Source: Blepharisma stoltei ATCC 30299
Taxonomy: Eukaryota; Protista; Ciliophora
Reading direction: 5' to 3'
Length of the DNA: 64,000 nucleotides
Assembly (NCBI GenBank): GCA_965603825.1
Contig: CBFDEM010000051.1
Coordinates: 434,001 to 498,000, forward strand
Part shown: positions 34,975 through 46,985 of the stretch, one piece after another
Layout of the letters: every line of letters begins with the position of its first letter
Numbering within the stretch: position 1 is the stretch's first letter
Position numbers and translations under genes: made by a program
The notes under the pieces: model-generated
Databases searched by the model: none
Seen by the model: only the letters and a program-made list of their open reading frames with translations
Told to the model about the DNA's origin: nothing

Positions 34975-36753
34975 CTATGGGCCTCTTGCTGGCTCGCTGT
35001 CTTGAGTTATAACAGCAGCCCATTTATACATTGTGTCGTCGGTAAAGTCTTTGTATGGCTTTGTCGAGATTCATTTGCCTTCAGCAATGTTGTAATATTC
35101 GATATTTTGACCTTGTGCGGAGCCGCCTATAGCAAATACGCAGCCAGAGCAGAAATGAAATTTATTCATAAGATACCGGGTGTGCGCCATGCTTGGCAAC
35201 GTTGTCCACTCTAAGGTTTCTAAATCAAGACTTCTAATGACATTAAGTGTCCCTTTTTCATTGTATCCCCCAGCAACCATGATTTTGTTGTCTGAGTAAT
35301 AAGCAGCCCCAGTGTTTTGCAGCGACCTATGCAAAACACATGGTAAAGTTTCTCATTTATTTTTAATCACACTATATCTCTCAATGTTGTCTAAATATTT
35401 GGTTCCATCATAGCCGCCAAATACATATATATCATTGCCAGCTATTGTCGAGCTAAATGCACATCTCCTGTAGTTTAAGCTTGCAATAGGCAAAGTGTCA
35501 AATGTCTCTATAGAAATTTTTTCACATTTATCATGCCATGATGAGCCATTATAGCCGCCAATACAATAAACAAAGCCGTTGAAATAAACTGCATTGTGAG
35601 ACGACCTTACATGGAGCATGCTATTTCTTTTTATCATGCGGTTTTCTTTGAATTCATAAACTTCATTGGATTTTGTGCCTCCAGTAATCAAAATGCTTCC
35701 ACTAGGAAGAGCTGCAGCTGATGCAAAGTTCTTAAAATCATATCCGTTGGTTTCTAGTATAACAGTTTGAGACCATCGCTGAGTTGCCAAATTGAATTTG
35801 AGGACTGTATTTTGGGTCCCAAAACAATAGATTGCAGGGTTATTTATGTCGGCACCTGCAGTAATCATGCCAAATTTATTGATTTCTTGCTCAAGTGGTT
35901 TAGGGTTGAAAAGTGCTCGTGAGGATAAGACTGAAGTCGAATCAATCATAGAAATCTTTTGGGACTGAGAGAGTAGCATATGAACCTCGCGCTTGCTTGA
36001 TGTTATTGTATGAGACCAGTTGGAATTTGTCAGTTCCAAAGGGCTCATAGATTCAATTTTTGCATTTAGAGAATTCAAATTTCCTAAATACTGTTGCAGC
36101 TCTCCGGAAAACTGTGAAATTTCGCTTAAATCTGTCTGCAGCCTTACTTCGCACATCTGTGATTCCTCTTCTATTTTTTCTTTCAAAAATTGTTTTTTCT
36201 GCTCCAGCTTGTCATAAATTCTTGCGAAATACCCATCAATCCTTGCTAGTTCTTTCTCTGTTGACTGTACAAGCTGTTCCTTCCTGCTATCAATTTCCTC
36301 TTCTTTCTTATGAGCAGCGCCAAGCATTTCTTCGACTTTTCCAATTAAACTTTTCACTTCATATCTTCTTTCTAGAACAGGGTCATCTAATTTTACAAGC
36401 TTATGCCCTTTATGCAATAAAATACACTCAGCACAGACTGGCTTGGAATCTTCAATGCAATATCTGATAACATTTTCTTCAGGATGCTCTTGACACTGAG
36501 TTGGGAGCTTTGATCTTGCTGAAGTGACTAATTCAGCTGATTTGGTATTAGCTATAAACTCGAGAACTGTATAATTTTTTGGCAAGCTTGCTGTGCCTGT
36601 TGTCACTGAAATGCTTCGGCATGTCGGGCACGTGATTTGGTTTTCTTCTATAACCTGGTTTAAGCACAACTCACAACAAGTGTGACCGCACCGTAGTAAA
36701 CGTGGGCAGTTTTCTCCTTCGTTAAACAGTTCTGAACATATAGGGCATTCCAT
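34975..36753 (-). CDS. RING, B-box, coiled-coil, Kelch-repeat protein (TRIM-like E3 ligase)
   Basis: CPIC..CGHTCC..CPTC RING, CQEH..C..C..C..H..H B-box, GG Kelch repeats. TGA=Trp at 35353 and 35071, TAG at 34975. Confidence 0.9.
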
Positions 36754-36792
36754 GTTATTATTTTAAATTTTTTAAATAGGAAAATCTATTAA

Positions 36793-37812
36793 TTAGCTAT
36801 AAGTAGCAAATCTTTTTATCGAAAATTGAGAGGTCTCTATATCAAAATTCATATGAAGATATCTGATGTAATTTTCGTCTAAATCGAAGTCTTCGGCTTT
36901 CTGGGCAAGTTTTGCCCAATTCAGTTTGCCTTTGCCGTCATCTAAAAGCTTTACAAACTTTTTCCACTCTTTTTGGCTTTTTTGGCAGATTTTTAGGGGG
37001 CTTAAAGCATCAATTGTGTCTTTTGCTTTAAGCAGTCTTTGTTCAAGGCATTGTAGAATTGCTAGAACAAATCTGTAGAAAAAAATCCAGCCTTTTTTAA
37101 AAAATAAATCGAGTACATTTACCATTTCACTGGCAGGCACAACGCTACCAAATAAAGAAAAGCATCATTCAGCAGCGTACATCTCGCAGGTGATTCTGTA
37201 TTCGGCCAATTTCATGTGAAGCCGGGGTAATAGTTCTAATATTAATAATTGAATAATTTGGCAATGCTTTGATAGCCCAGGAAGCTTAGGAAGATAAGTG
37301 TCTCTGAGTTCGTAGTCTTCCATCAAGCCTACAAATAATCAAAAGGCATCGCATTCACTTGCATGTCAAAGCAAAGCACCAACTATAAAATTCATCCCTT
37401 GAACATATCCGAGGTTGTGATCGTATTTGCTGAATGCAACCAAAACTCTCCGTAATGCACTTTGACCTTCGGGGTCTAAAAAATATATTTCATCAGGATA
37501 AGTTCTGTGAATATCTAAATCAATTTGCTTACAGCTCGCTCGAAATTCATGAGTATCAAGGGGATTTTCAAGTAAGTTATTGTATACATCTTCCATGTTC
37601 CTAGGAGGATGACAATATTGAAGCCACTCTTTGGCTCTTTTGCAAGAGACTGTCTGCTTTCTATGTCGAAAATTATAGTAACTTCTGACAAGGAAGCTTT
37701 TTTCTTCGTGATCACATGTACATTGAATTTTGTGAGTTAGCTCGGGTCTTTCTGGAGTTTTGTCGGGCAAAACTGATAGTGGGGAACTGTCTCTGGTTGA
37801 TGATCCTTCCAT
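36793..37812 (-). CDS. Rab-GAP TBC-domain protein
   Basis: IDLDIHRTY, GYVQGMNFI, AF(TGA)LF, E(TGA)CFSLF, GWIFFYR; single frame with three TGA=Trp. Confidence 0.92.
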
Positions 37813-38339
37813 GCAATTTATGTATAGTAATTATTAATCCCTCATCTGAAATTAAAAAATGATGATAATAGATGAAAGAAACCAAAAATTTATGATACAG
37901 AATTAAAAAATAGTCATTAAAGGTTCTAATATGTAAATGGAATGGATTTGGCTTAGCAGCATATATAAATAAGAGCATAAATTAATTTGCATGTTGAAAG
38001 AACAATGAGATTGGATTTATTTCAGATACTTAATTTAAGATAAAAATATTAAGATCTAGATTATATTTAATAGTTTTTTTTGCACTTTTTATAGCCATAA
38101 ATAATTTTAAAACTTCTATATGATCGATTTTATTTGGTGATGATGCCTTTTTATATTTCCAGACTTAATAAATTCTATGTGTGAAGAAATATAGCAGCTT
38201 ATATTCAGTATAATAATCTCTTAGATTATGATAATTTAGCTTAACTCAAGCCTAATTCTTTAATTGCAATTTATTTATTCATTTCAGCGATAAAAGTTCG
38301 ATTTTGCATTTTATAAAATTAATTTACATTAAAATAACT

Positions 38340-38963
38340 CTATAATCTTTTAAGATCTTGGCTAATAGAAAATAGCTGAATAGAAGTTGGGCTAGGAGAC
38401 TTAGATCCTCTATAAAATTCTTTGGATAATTTAGGGAACCCAGAGTGTTTGATCTGATGCTTCACTGATAAATTATTTGGTGTTGCTGACGAAATTGGTG
38501 CAATATTTAAAAGGACCGTTGATAATGGACTTGGAGTTTTCCCAATTCGTTCTCTTCGGCTAGTCTTTTTCATCCTTGTTGGAGATTTACTCTTAAGACT
38601 TTTATTTAAGAAATCTGTTATATTCCCTATCTTATGGGAATTGTTGACAAGTGAGTCTTTCCTTCGGTAAAATTCAAGCGTTTTTTCTCTAGCTGATCGA
38701 TAGCTAATGACAGGAAGCTGTTTATTGAATTTTATCTGCTCTCTAGGAAATTTATAATGCGCATTAGTTGGGGAGCGATTGAACCTCATGTCAATCTCAT
38801 CCCTTATCTTTTCATCAATATCTGGGTTATAGTCAATTTCCATTAAAAAACTATTTGTACTTTCATCTGTACATGTACTTGATATTCTTGATAGTCCCTG
38901 TCCCTTTAATTGGGGTGGCATGAGTGTGTTTAAGTTTCTTTGTCTTCCTTTAGTGCTGTTCAT
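38340..38963 (-). CDS. Hypothetical S/P/K-rich protein
   Basis: 207-aa ORF. Confidence 0.7.
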   Translation of the reverse strand: MNSTKGRQRNLNTLMPPQLKGQGLSRISSTCTDESTNSFLMEIDYNPDIDEKIRDEIDMRFNRSPTNAHYKFPREQIKFNKQLPVISYRSAREKTLEFYRRKDSLVNNSHKIGNITDFLNKSLKSKSPTRMKKTSRRERIGKTPSPLSTVLLNIAPISSATPNNLSVKHQIKHSGFPKLSKEFYRGSKSPSPTSIQLFSISQDLKRL

Positions 38964-39438
38964 TTAATGTCTATTAAAATATCTTGTGATAATTTGAAGT
39001 TATTTTAAAGAGTGATAAAATCTTAGTATGTATAGGCAAATTGAATTGTTGTGATATGATAAAAATTAATGATGCATATTTGCGTTAACAAAATTTGAAA
39101 TTGCTTATAAATGTTGAGGAGAATTTTTTGCTTAATGTTTTGAGCTAGGCTAGAGAGTGATTTTCTTAGGATATACATATATGTGATAGATAAAATTTGT
39201 GAATTCCACCATTTTACCAACTATTCCCTAACTCTCTTAGCTAGTTAAAATACTTTTACTTAGTATTGAAACTTAAAGTAGAAAATTCATTGACGACAGA
39301 TCTTATTCAGGTTTCTGAATTTTCTCCATAGCATAGTAATGGCAAGCTTTACTAATTTTTTCTCTCAAGAATGCAATGAAGTTTATACTTAATTCTGCAA
39401 AATGGCAGCTAAAAAGAATTTAATTTTAACAAAACTTA

Positions 39439-39891
39439 TTAGCTTATATTTGTTTGTGCAGGATGCTCTCTTGCCATATGGGCTTTCATCATATATTTAT
39501 TATATATAAGTTTGCCGCATTTCTTGCAAGGCACTCGTGTGATCTTATCATGCACTTGTTTAACATGTGACTTGAGTGCATTCTCATTTTTAAAGTATTT
39601 CCCACACTTTGCACAAAGAGCAGTCTTATCAGACTTCGAGTGCACCTTGCCTATATGCTGGCTTAATCCTTTCTTACATGAAAAATCTGCATAGCAGATT
39701 TGGCATACTTGACTTTCTTCTTCACTTTCAGATGAGTCAGGATTTTGCTCAGAAGCCAGAAATACAGCAGTGCCTAAGAGAGAGTAGTAAAAGTTAATAC
39801 AGAAGTTTATAAGGCACTCATTCTGGTTTTGCTCAAAAATATTCTCAGCTTGGGAAAGGTCTTCTGTCTTGTTATTTGAGCTTGCTTCCAT
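39439..39891 (-). CDS. C2H2 zinc-finger protein (3 fingers)
   Basis: CQIC..H..H, CAKC..H..H, CKKC..H..H. Confidence 0.9.
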   Translation of the reverse strand: MEASSNNKTEDLSQAENIFEQNQNECLINFCINFYYSLLGTAVFLASEQNPDSSESEEESQVCQICYADFSCKKGLSQHIGKVHSKSDKTALCAKCGKYFKNENALKSHVKQVHDKITRVPCKKCGKLIYNKYMMKAHMAREHPAQTNIS

Positions 39892-40029
39892 TAATTTTAT
39901 ATATTAAATTATGCTGATAAAATTTTATCTAGTAATTTTCTTATGGATTAAGTTTAAGGATTTAAATTTACTACAGAAACTTCAAATAATTTAAAAGTAT
40001 AAAATTTATTAAAATAATTGAATTTTGTA

Positions 40030-42021
40030 ATGTACACAAATAGAGGATTTTTAAGAAGAGACAAAAACTCCAAATGAACTCAAAATATTTTTAACCCATA
40101 TCCCCGTACTACTCAGCTTGCTGTGCCTACGTATCCTAAAATATACGAAGGAAAAAACAAATCTTTATCTCCTACAAAGCCTATTAGCACTAATGAAGAA
40201 GCTGACCTTTTAGATCAATTCGGAATTAGAAGCAAGTTTAATGGCAGTTTCAACCCAAGTCCACAACCTCAACCTAAGTTTGAAATAGCTCCAACAGCAG
40301 GTTATGAATCAGCTTGAAGGCTTCATCAAAGTCCTAAAGTTTTAAAAGCCCCTCCTCTAAATCTTCACAAAACCAACTCAATTTTTGAAATTCAAAGCGA
40401 CAAAGGCTATGGTGGTTTTCGTCGATTTGCAGGGATGGGATTTCTGATTACGCCAAATTTAGCCTTTACCACAAACATGGTAATCCCAAACGCCACCCAG
40501 GCTACTAAATCAAGTGTGCATTTTTTGGATTCTTACAACATTCCTCATGGGTTTGACCCAAATGAGTTTTTCTTTACGCATGAAGAACTAAACTTTACTA
40601 TCATTGCGTTTAAAAAAGCTCCATATGGTGAATACAAGCTACCACTGCCGTTACACGAATTTTTCTCTTTAAAAGTAGACGACCCTGTAGTGCTTTACCA
40701 CAAAAAGGTAGACTGCAAAAACGCTACACTAATAGATGAAGATACATTTTGCTACACTTCAGGGACTGATATTCCCCAAGGCTTGCCAATTTTTGATTAT
40801 AATTGAGAGCTGCAAGGAATTCACAACACATCGACATTTGGGACTAAAATAAACCAAGCAACCAGAGTTGATGCCATTTTTAGATTTTTGCTTTCGATAA
40901 GGCACATGATTAAACACCAAGAACTTGATATGATGCTTGAATCGCAGCCTTATGAAGTTATTCAGCAAGCTCCAAAAAAACCGGTTATTGAGCAAAATAT
41001 TTATTTATTTTGGTTCGAATGATTCACGAGAAATATTTTTCGATATAATTCGACACTCGAACTATGAAATAGGCTTGAGCCTAGTAATTTAAGGGAACTT
41101 GATGCTTCAGAGAACTGATATTTTTTATGAAATAGTAGAATGGCTTATACGCCTACAGGAAATTGTGTAATCCTCGGAGGAGTTTCTGATAGAAAAGGTA
41201 CAATAAAAAATGATGCTTATTTATACAAACCTTCTGATAACACCTTGCATAAATTGCCAGGAATGCTTGAAGCGAGAGAGTCACCAGCAATAGTGTGCTT
41301 GGAACAATATGTATTTGTACTGGGAGGAAGAGCAGGATTAAGCACTTGTGAGAGATTTAGCTTTGATACATATGAGTGGGTAAGCATTGCACCTATGGTT
41401 CAAGGGAGGTATTCTCATTGTGCATGCGCTTTACAAGGAGATAGATTTATTTATGCAATCGGAGGGTGTCCTATTGAAGTGGTTGGGAAAAGCATTGAAA
41501 GGTATTTGATTGAAGAAAATACGTGGGAACTTGTAGCTCTTGCTCTTCCTGAACCACTGACACTTTTTGGAGCTTTACCTGTTTCGCAAAATAAAATTGC
41601 ACTGTTGGGTGGGAAATACACTAAGAGGGTTTTTGTATTTGAAGTAAATGAAATGTACATTGATACTCATTATAATCCTAGATACTTGATGCCTGAAAGT
41701 GATATTTTTAGACTTCATGAGATCCCAAGCTTCACAAGTAATGTGGAAACAGTATTTCCAGTTGTAATTGATGAAGGAAGTGATAAAGTTTTAATAATGT
41801 CTGGAAATGATGGCTATGCGCATTTGCAGCTGACAACTTATCCCTATAAGCATTTCTTAACGCTCAGTAACCCTGTTCAACCACAGCTACAAAAAAATAC
41901 TCTCTCAAGGTCTTATCCTGAGCTTTCACAAATCAGAAACACAGGTCTGCTACCTCCAATCCACTCGAAAGGTTATTTAGTTTCTCCTCATCAGTACAGC
42001 TCAAGCCGAATGTATCTATAG
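40030..42021 (+). CDS. Trypsin-like (probably inactive) domain plus Kelch-repeat protein
   Basis: One frame from ATG 40030 with seven TGA=Trp. GMGFLITPNLAFTTNMVI and GLPIFDYNWELQGIH, then Kelch repeats (VFVLGG, IYAIGG). Confidence 0.8.
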
Positions 42022-42416
42022 CTAATAAATTTCAACTTTAATTAAACCCTGATGAAATAATCTTATGTAAGTGAATGTATATGGCAAAGAAACCCTTATT
42101 TTTTATATCTGCAACCACTAATTAAGAATATTAAATAATAATTGTAAGATAAAAGGTGGCTAGTTTTAAAAGCAATTCTTAGTTTTCGTTCAATTCAGCT
42201 TTTTATACTATGCAAGTTTTGTTAATTTGTATTCATTAAAATATCTGCAGAGGAAAATTTATTTTTTTATATATCCCTCTGATTCTCCACTTTCAATTTC
42301 AAAACTTATGAATATTCTTTGTTTGATGTTGAATTTTAGAAAGTTAAGAATCAAGTGTAAATTAGATCTAAGCCGTTACTTTTTCTTTAAACCTTTGCTT
42401 ATCAAAGGGATAATAA

Positions 42417-45400
42417 ATGGCATTAATAACCTTCTTTCTGCTTCTAAAAGAAGTTTTCTGTTTGACTTATTCAATGTATCCAGCCACCAATCCTCCTCCT
42501 GCTCGAAGAAAAGGCTGCACTATGCAAGCAATCCCAGACAAAAATATGACTGTGTTCTTTGGAGGATATGATACCCATGAAAATATTTACGGGGATTTAT
42601 GATCTTATAAATTTGATGTAGATCAATGGGAGCAGATATTTTCCTCAGATGGAAATGATCCAGGTATTATTTATTTAGTTCCAAGGTATAATGCGGCGTC
42701 ATTTTATATTGAAGCATCGACTCAATTTTGTATTTGGGGTGGAAATACTAATAGAGGGCAACTAAATGACTTATGATGCTTTAGTCTTAAATTTTTATCA
42801 TGGACTAAGAAGGCTCAAGAAGGGACTGATCTTCCAAGCCCGAAATATAACATGGGCTATACATCTTGGAAAGATTCGGGTTTTAGTCTCGCGGCTTCTA
42901 ATAATGTGAAGTTTGCTATTTTTGGTGGAGTTGAGACTAGTGACTACAGTAATGATCTTTTTATGTAATTTATAAGTAGTTTGGATACAAATACCTGAAC
43001 TTGGACTTTAAGTAGTTATGAGGGAGAAACTAAGCCAGAAAGCCAAGATTTTCCTGTTATATTTTATTACAATAATTCTATATATCTGATATATGGACTA
43101 ACTTGGGATAATGAGGATTATGATTATTATCAAGTCAAATTTTATAAATACAATTTAACCTCTTCGGAATGGGAAGACATAACCAACAAAAATGATCCCT
43201 ATACGTTCAGGCAATATGCGCAGGGTGTGGTAGTTGGTGATACGTTTTATTATTTCTTTGGAGTATCCTCAGACTGGTCAGACTATCCAAATATATGTGA
43301 AAAAGTGGATTTAACGGATCCAACCTACCCTTGATCTGAAGTTAAAATAAGAGGTGATAATGATGAGTATTTGGGAAGAGAAACTTTTGGAATAGCAACA
43401 ATAAATGAAGCAATTCATATTTTCGGAGGCACACAATGATCAATACAAGTTAATAGCTTTGTATCAATTAAGTATGAAACTGACCCTATGACCTATAATT
43501 ACGATGAAAATTACATCAGTCCAGGAGCAAGAATTGATCATTCATTGAACTATGTTGGAGGGTATTTACTTTTATTTGGAGGAGAATTCAATGGAGATTA
43601 TAGCATGGACTTATGGCAGCTCGATATAACAACCTTTATATGAAAGTATTTGAATCCTGGTGGTGATATTCCTCCAGCACGTTCAAATCATGGGTCGGCT
43701 TCAAGAGGAGACGTTCTGATCATATGGGGGGGAGAAGGATCTGAAGGATATCTAAATGATGCGTATATATATAATATACTAACAAATACATGACAGCTCT
43801 TGGATAATAGCGGTAGTGCAGCTCCAAGTCCGAGAATAGGAGCCTGTGTTGGTATCGATTTTTCCAGAATACTCATTTATGGAGGTCTTGATCGTGATGG
43901 TGTCAAGGATGAGCTCTGGCTATTCGATTTAGGAACTCATATATATTCCTTACTTGACTCAAATATTGATGATGGTCCAGAGCCACTCTATAAAGCTTCA
44001 TGTGACTATGAATCAGATGGAGAAGGGAAATTTTATGTGATGCTTGGGATTGATAAATACGAATATCCTTTGAATGGCATGTTTTATTATGATCTCGCAA
44101 AGGATAAGTGGATAACAATATACAATAATAATACGAATGTTCAGTGGAGCAGAGGAAATGCACAAGCATTTAAAGTGAAAGATCGATATCTAATCTTTGG
44201 TGGTGAAGACATATGGCAACCTTCTTTAGATGTCTTCTATTACAATGCAACAAGCAAACAATTCACAAAATTAACTGACCTGTTTACATATGTATGGTCT
44301 GCTGCAGCTGAGTATATTGGAAGCACTGTCATTATTTATGGAGGAGCAGCTGATACTGGAATGACAGTGAGAAGGTCGATTCCATCTACTAATCAATTTG
44401 GAATGGATTTATTATCAGACTGCTCATCCTCAGCTGAATGCTACTGGCAATGTAGCCCTGGCACCTATAAAAGCGGAAAAACGTGCTATTTATGTCCGCC
44501 AGGAACTTATCAACCAATATATGGGGGGACGTGCCAATCATGCAAGCGTGGCACCTATTATCAATATTATGGGGCAACTTCTGCAAGCCAATGCTACCCT
44601 TGCTCAGAAGGGACTTTTAATAATAAAACAGGAGCAAGCTACTGCTTGGTATGCCCATATGGCTCGAGCTGCCCAGCCGGCAGCACAGCCCCTTCTTGGT
44701 TCGATACAGATAAATATGATAGCTCAATTCAGCCGGATTTATTAGACAGTGGTGAATCAGAAGCCTCTTCTAATGCTGCAATAGTGTATTCTACAGTTGG
44801 GTCAGTTGGGGCTTTGATTTTGATCATAGTACTTATTTTCTATGAAAGAATGACCTTCTTAGTAAAAATTGATGCGTACACTGACAAGCATGAGAAAAAA
44901 TTAAACATGCCTGTAATCCTTAAAAAAACTAAGGTGGGTGGCTATTTCACAATACTTTTCTTTGTGCTGTGCATTATGATTGTAGTTAATACAATCATAA
45001 ATTATGTAGTAAATAATGAAATGGAAGTAAAAGCCCTAGTGCCTCTTATCGTAATGGACGAGACAGTTTCAAAGTATACTGCAGACATGGTAGTTAATGT
45101 AGAGGTAAAAAACTATGGTGGCATGTGCATTGATCAAAATGGAGACTGTGATAATTCGATATCATATGCTATAATAAATATGCATGGAACAAGTATTGAT
45201 ATGTCATGCAGTGCAAACACAACCAACAACGATTGCATTCTGTATATAAGATGCCACGATTGCCAAGTTGAAAATGGTGCATATATTTTCTATTCATTTT
45301 TATCTAGTGAAAGTTATTCAACGGGCTTTACAGTCAACGTGACCTCATTTTCTTCAATTCCTGATAAAAGCAGCAGCTATCAAGCTTCAGTTTACTCTTC

Positions 45401-45929
45401 AGATGAGAAAGTATTTAGAGGGGCTACTGCATCAATTTATAATTTCGATACGGTTCCATCGGTATTTGATATTTAGTACTTCAAAGATTCCAATGGCGAT
45501 AATAATACTGGCTATCATCTTGCACTATATGAATCCCCAACTCCAGGAAGTCAGTTCAAAACAAATGAGTAATCTTTATTCAGGCTTGCAGTTTCTTATG
45601 ATTTATATCTAAGGCTGAATTTCAATAAAAATTCAAACTGTCTTTATACCAAAAGAAGCTTGAAGCAAACATGGCTGCAATTAATCAGTGCCTTGCTGGG
45701 ATCAATATTTGGGCTTTTAGGAGCAATTGGAGGAGCTATGGCATTTGTTGAGGGAAATATAGACGCTCAAGCCAGCAAAGCAGATTCTCAAATGAAAGCT
45801 GATAAGATTGCAGATGAAGAAGAAAGACTTGAAATGATGATTCGCGGGTTTACGGAGGACGGTGAAAAGAAAGGATATTTCAACGATTATATTTCGAGCG
45901 ATAACTCCCATAGGAACATGCCCGATTAA
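42417..45929 (+). CDS. Signal-peptide membrane protein: Kelch repeats, Cys-rich GCC2/3-like repeats, three TM helices
   Basis: Hydrophobic N-terminus, many FGG/WGG Kelch repeats, CPPGTY/CSEGTF repeats, three hydrophobic segments. Four 15-nt introns and seven TGA=Trp. Confidence 0.88.
42664..42678 (+). other. Probable stop-free 15-nt intron
   Basis: gtattatttatttag fits the consensus; the frame stays open if retained. Confidence 0.75.
42965..42979 (+). other. 15-nt intron
   Basis: gtaatttataagtag; removes an in-frame TAA. Confidence 0.88.
45462..45476 (+). other. 15-nt intron
   Basis: gtatttgatatttag. Confidence 0.88.
45569..45583 (+). other. 15-nt intron
   Basis: gtaatctttattcag; removes an in-frame TAA. 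Confidence 0.88.
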
Positions 45930-46029
45930 ACCATCCATTAATAAATAACATTTAGAATCTAAATATGTATGAAGTTAAATATTTTATGCTTTAATTGTGT
46001 TAATTTATCTAGTTTCAGTGAATTTTTAT

Positions 46030-46950
46030 TTAATCTATTAGCCCTTTCTCTTGCATAACCCTTTTCATCGTTTCTCCAATTTTTGCAGGTGATCTTGTCA
46101 CAACAACTCCAGCGTCTTCTAAAGCTTTGATTTTCGAATCAGCCCCGCCTTTACCTCCAGATATAATAGCTCCAGCGTGTCCCATCCTTTTTCCTGGAGG
46201 AGCACTAATTCCTGCAATAAACGAAACAACAGGTTTCTTTGCTACATTATAAGTCTTCAGCCACTCTGCTGCATCCTCTTCTCCAGTCCCTCCGATTTCT
46301 CCAATCAGTACAATTCCTTCAGTTTCTGGGTCATTAACGAACTTCTCTAGGACATCAATGAAGTCAGAGCCCTTGAATGGGTCTCCTCCTATCCCAATCA
46401 CAGTGGACTGTCCTAAGCCTTCCTTAGTAGTTTGGTCAACTGCTTCATAGGTAAGTGTTCCAGATCTGCTTACAATTCCAATTTTGCCTGGGGTGTGGAT
46501 ATAGCCAGGCATGATCCCAATTTTGCACTCTCCTGGCTTGATAACTCCTGGACAGTTAGGCCCTATAAGCTTACTTTTGCTTGATTTCAGTGCATCTTTG
46601 ACTCGAACCATATCATGTTGTGGGATTCCTTCAGTAATGGTGACGATTAGAGGGATTTCCTCTTCTATACAATCTAAGATTGCTTGAGCTGCGAAGGATG
46701 GCGGCACGTAAATTGAGCTCGCCCATGGATTCACGGCTTGCTTTGCTTCTTTTACTGTATTAAAAACAGGTACGCCCAAGTGGATTTTACCACCTTTGCC
46801 AGGAGTGACTCCACCCACAACATTTGTACCGTATTCGATTGCTTTGGTAGTGTGAAAAGTCCCTTGAGCTCCTGTTATGCCTTGGCAAATGACTGTGGTG
46901 TTCTTGTTGACGAACACTTTTGCTGTATGGCTAAACAGTCTTTTCAGCAT
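46030..46950 (-). CDS. SUCLG1: Succinyl-CoA ligase alpha subunit, mitochondrial
   Basis: [23 protein letters not shown], phospho-His motif MGHAGA, short basic presequence. Confidence 0.98.
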   Translation of the reverse strand: MLKRLFSHTAKVFVNKNTTVICQGITGAQGTFHTTKAIEYGTNVVGGVTPGKGGKIHLGVPVFNTVKEAKQAVNPWASSIYVPPSFAAQAILDCIEEEIPLIVTITEGIPQHDMVRVKDALKSSKSKLIGPNCPGVIKPGECKIGIMPGYIHTPGKIGIVSRSGTLTYEAVDQTTKEGLGQSTVIGIGGDPFKGSDFIDVLEKFVNDPETEGIVLIGEIGGTGEEDAAEWLKTYNVAKKPVVSFIAGISAPPGKRMGHAGAIISGGKGGADSKIKALEDAGVVVTRSPAKIGETMKRVMQEKGLID

Positions 46951-46985
46951 TATAGATTTATATGAAAATTCATTAGAATAAAGTA

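Noticed and set aside
39023-39220. 65-aa ORF in an intergenic gap
   Set aside because: Non-ATG start and AT-rich, I/Y/N-biased composition typical of non-coding DNA.
39226-39232. ccctaac resembling a heterotrich telomere repeat
   Set aside because: Single incomplete unit with no tandem array.
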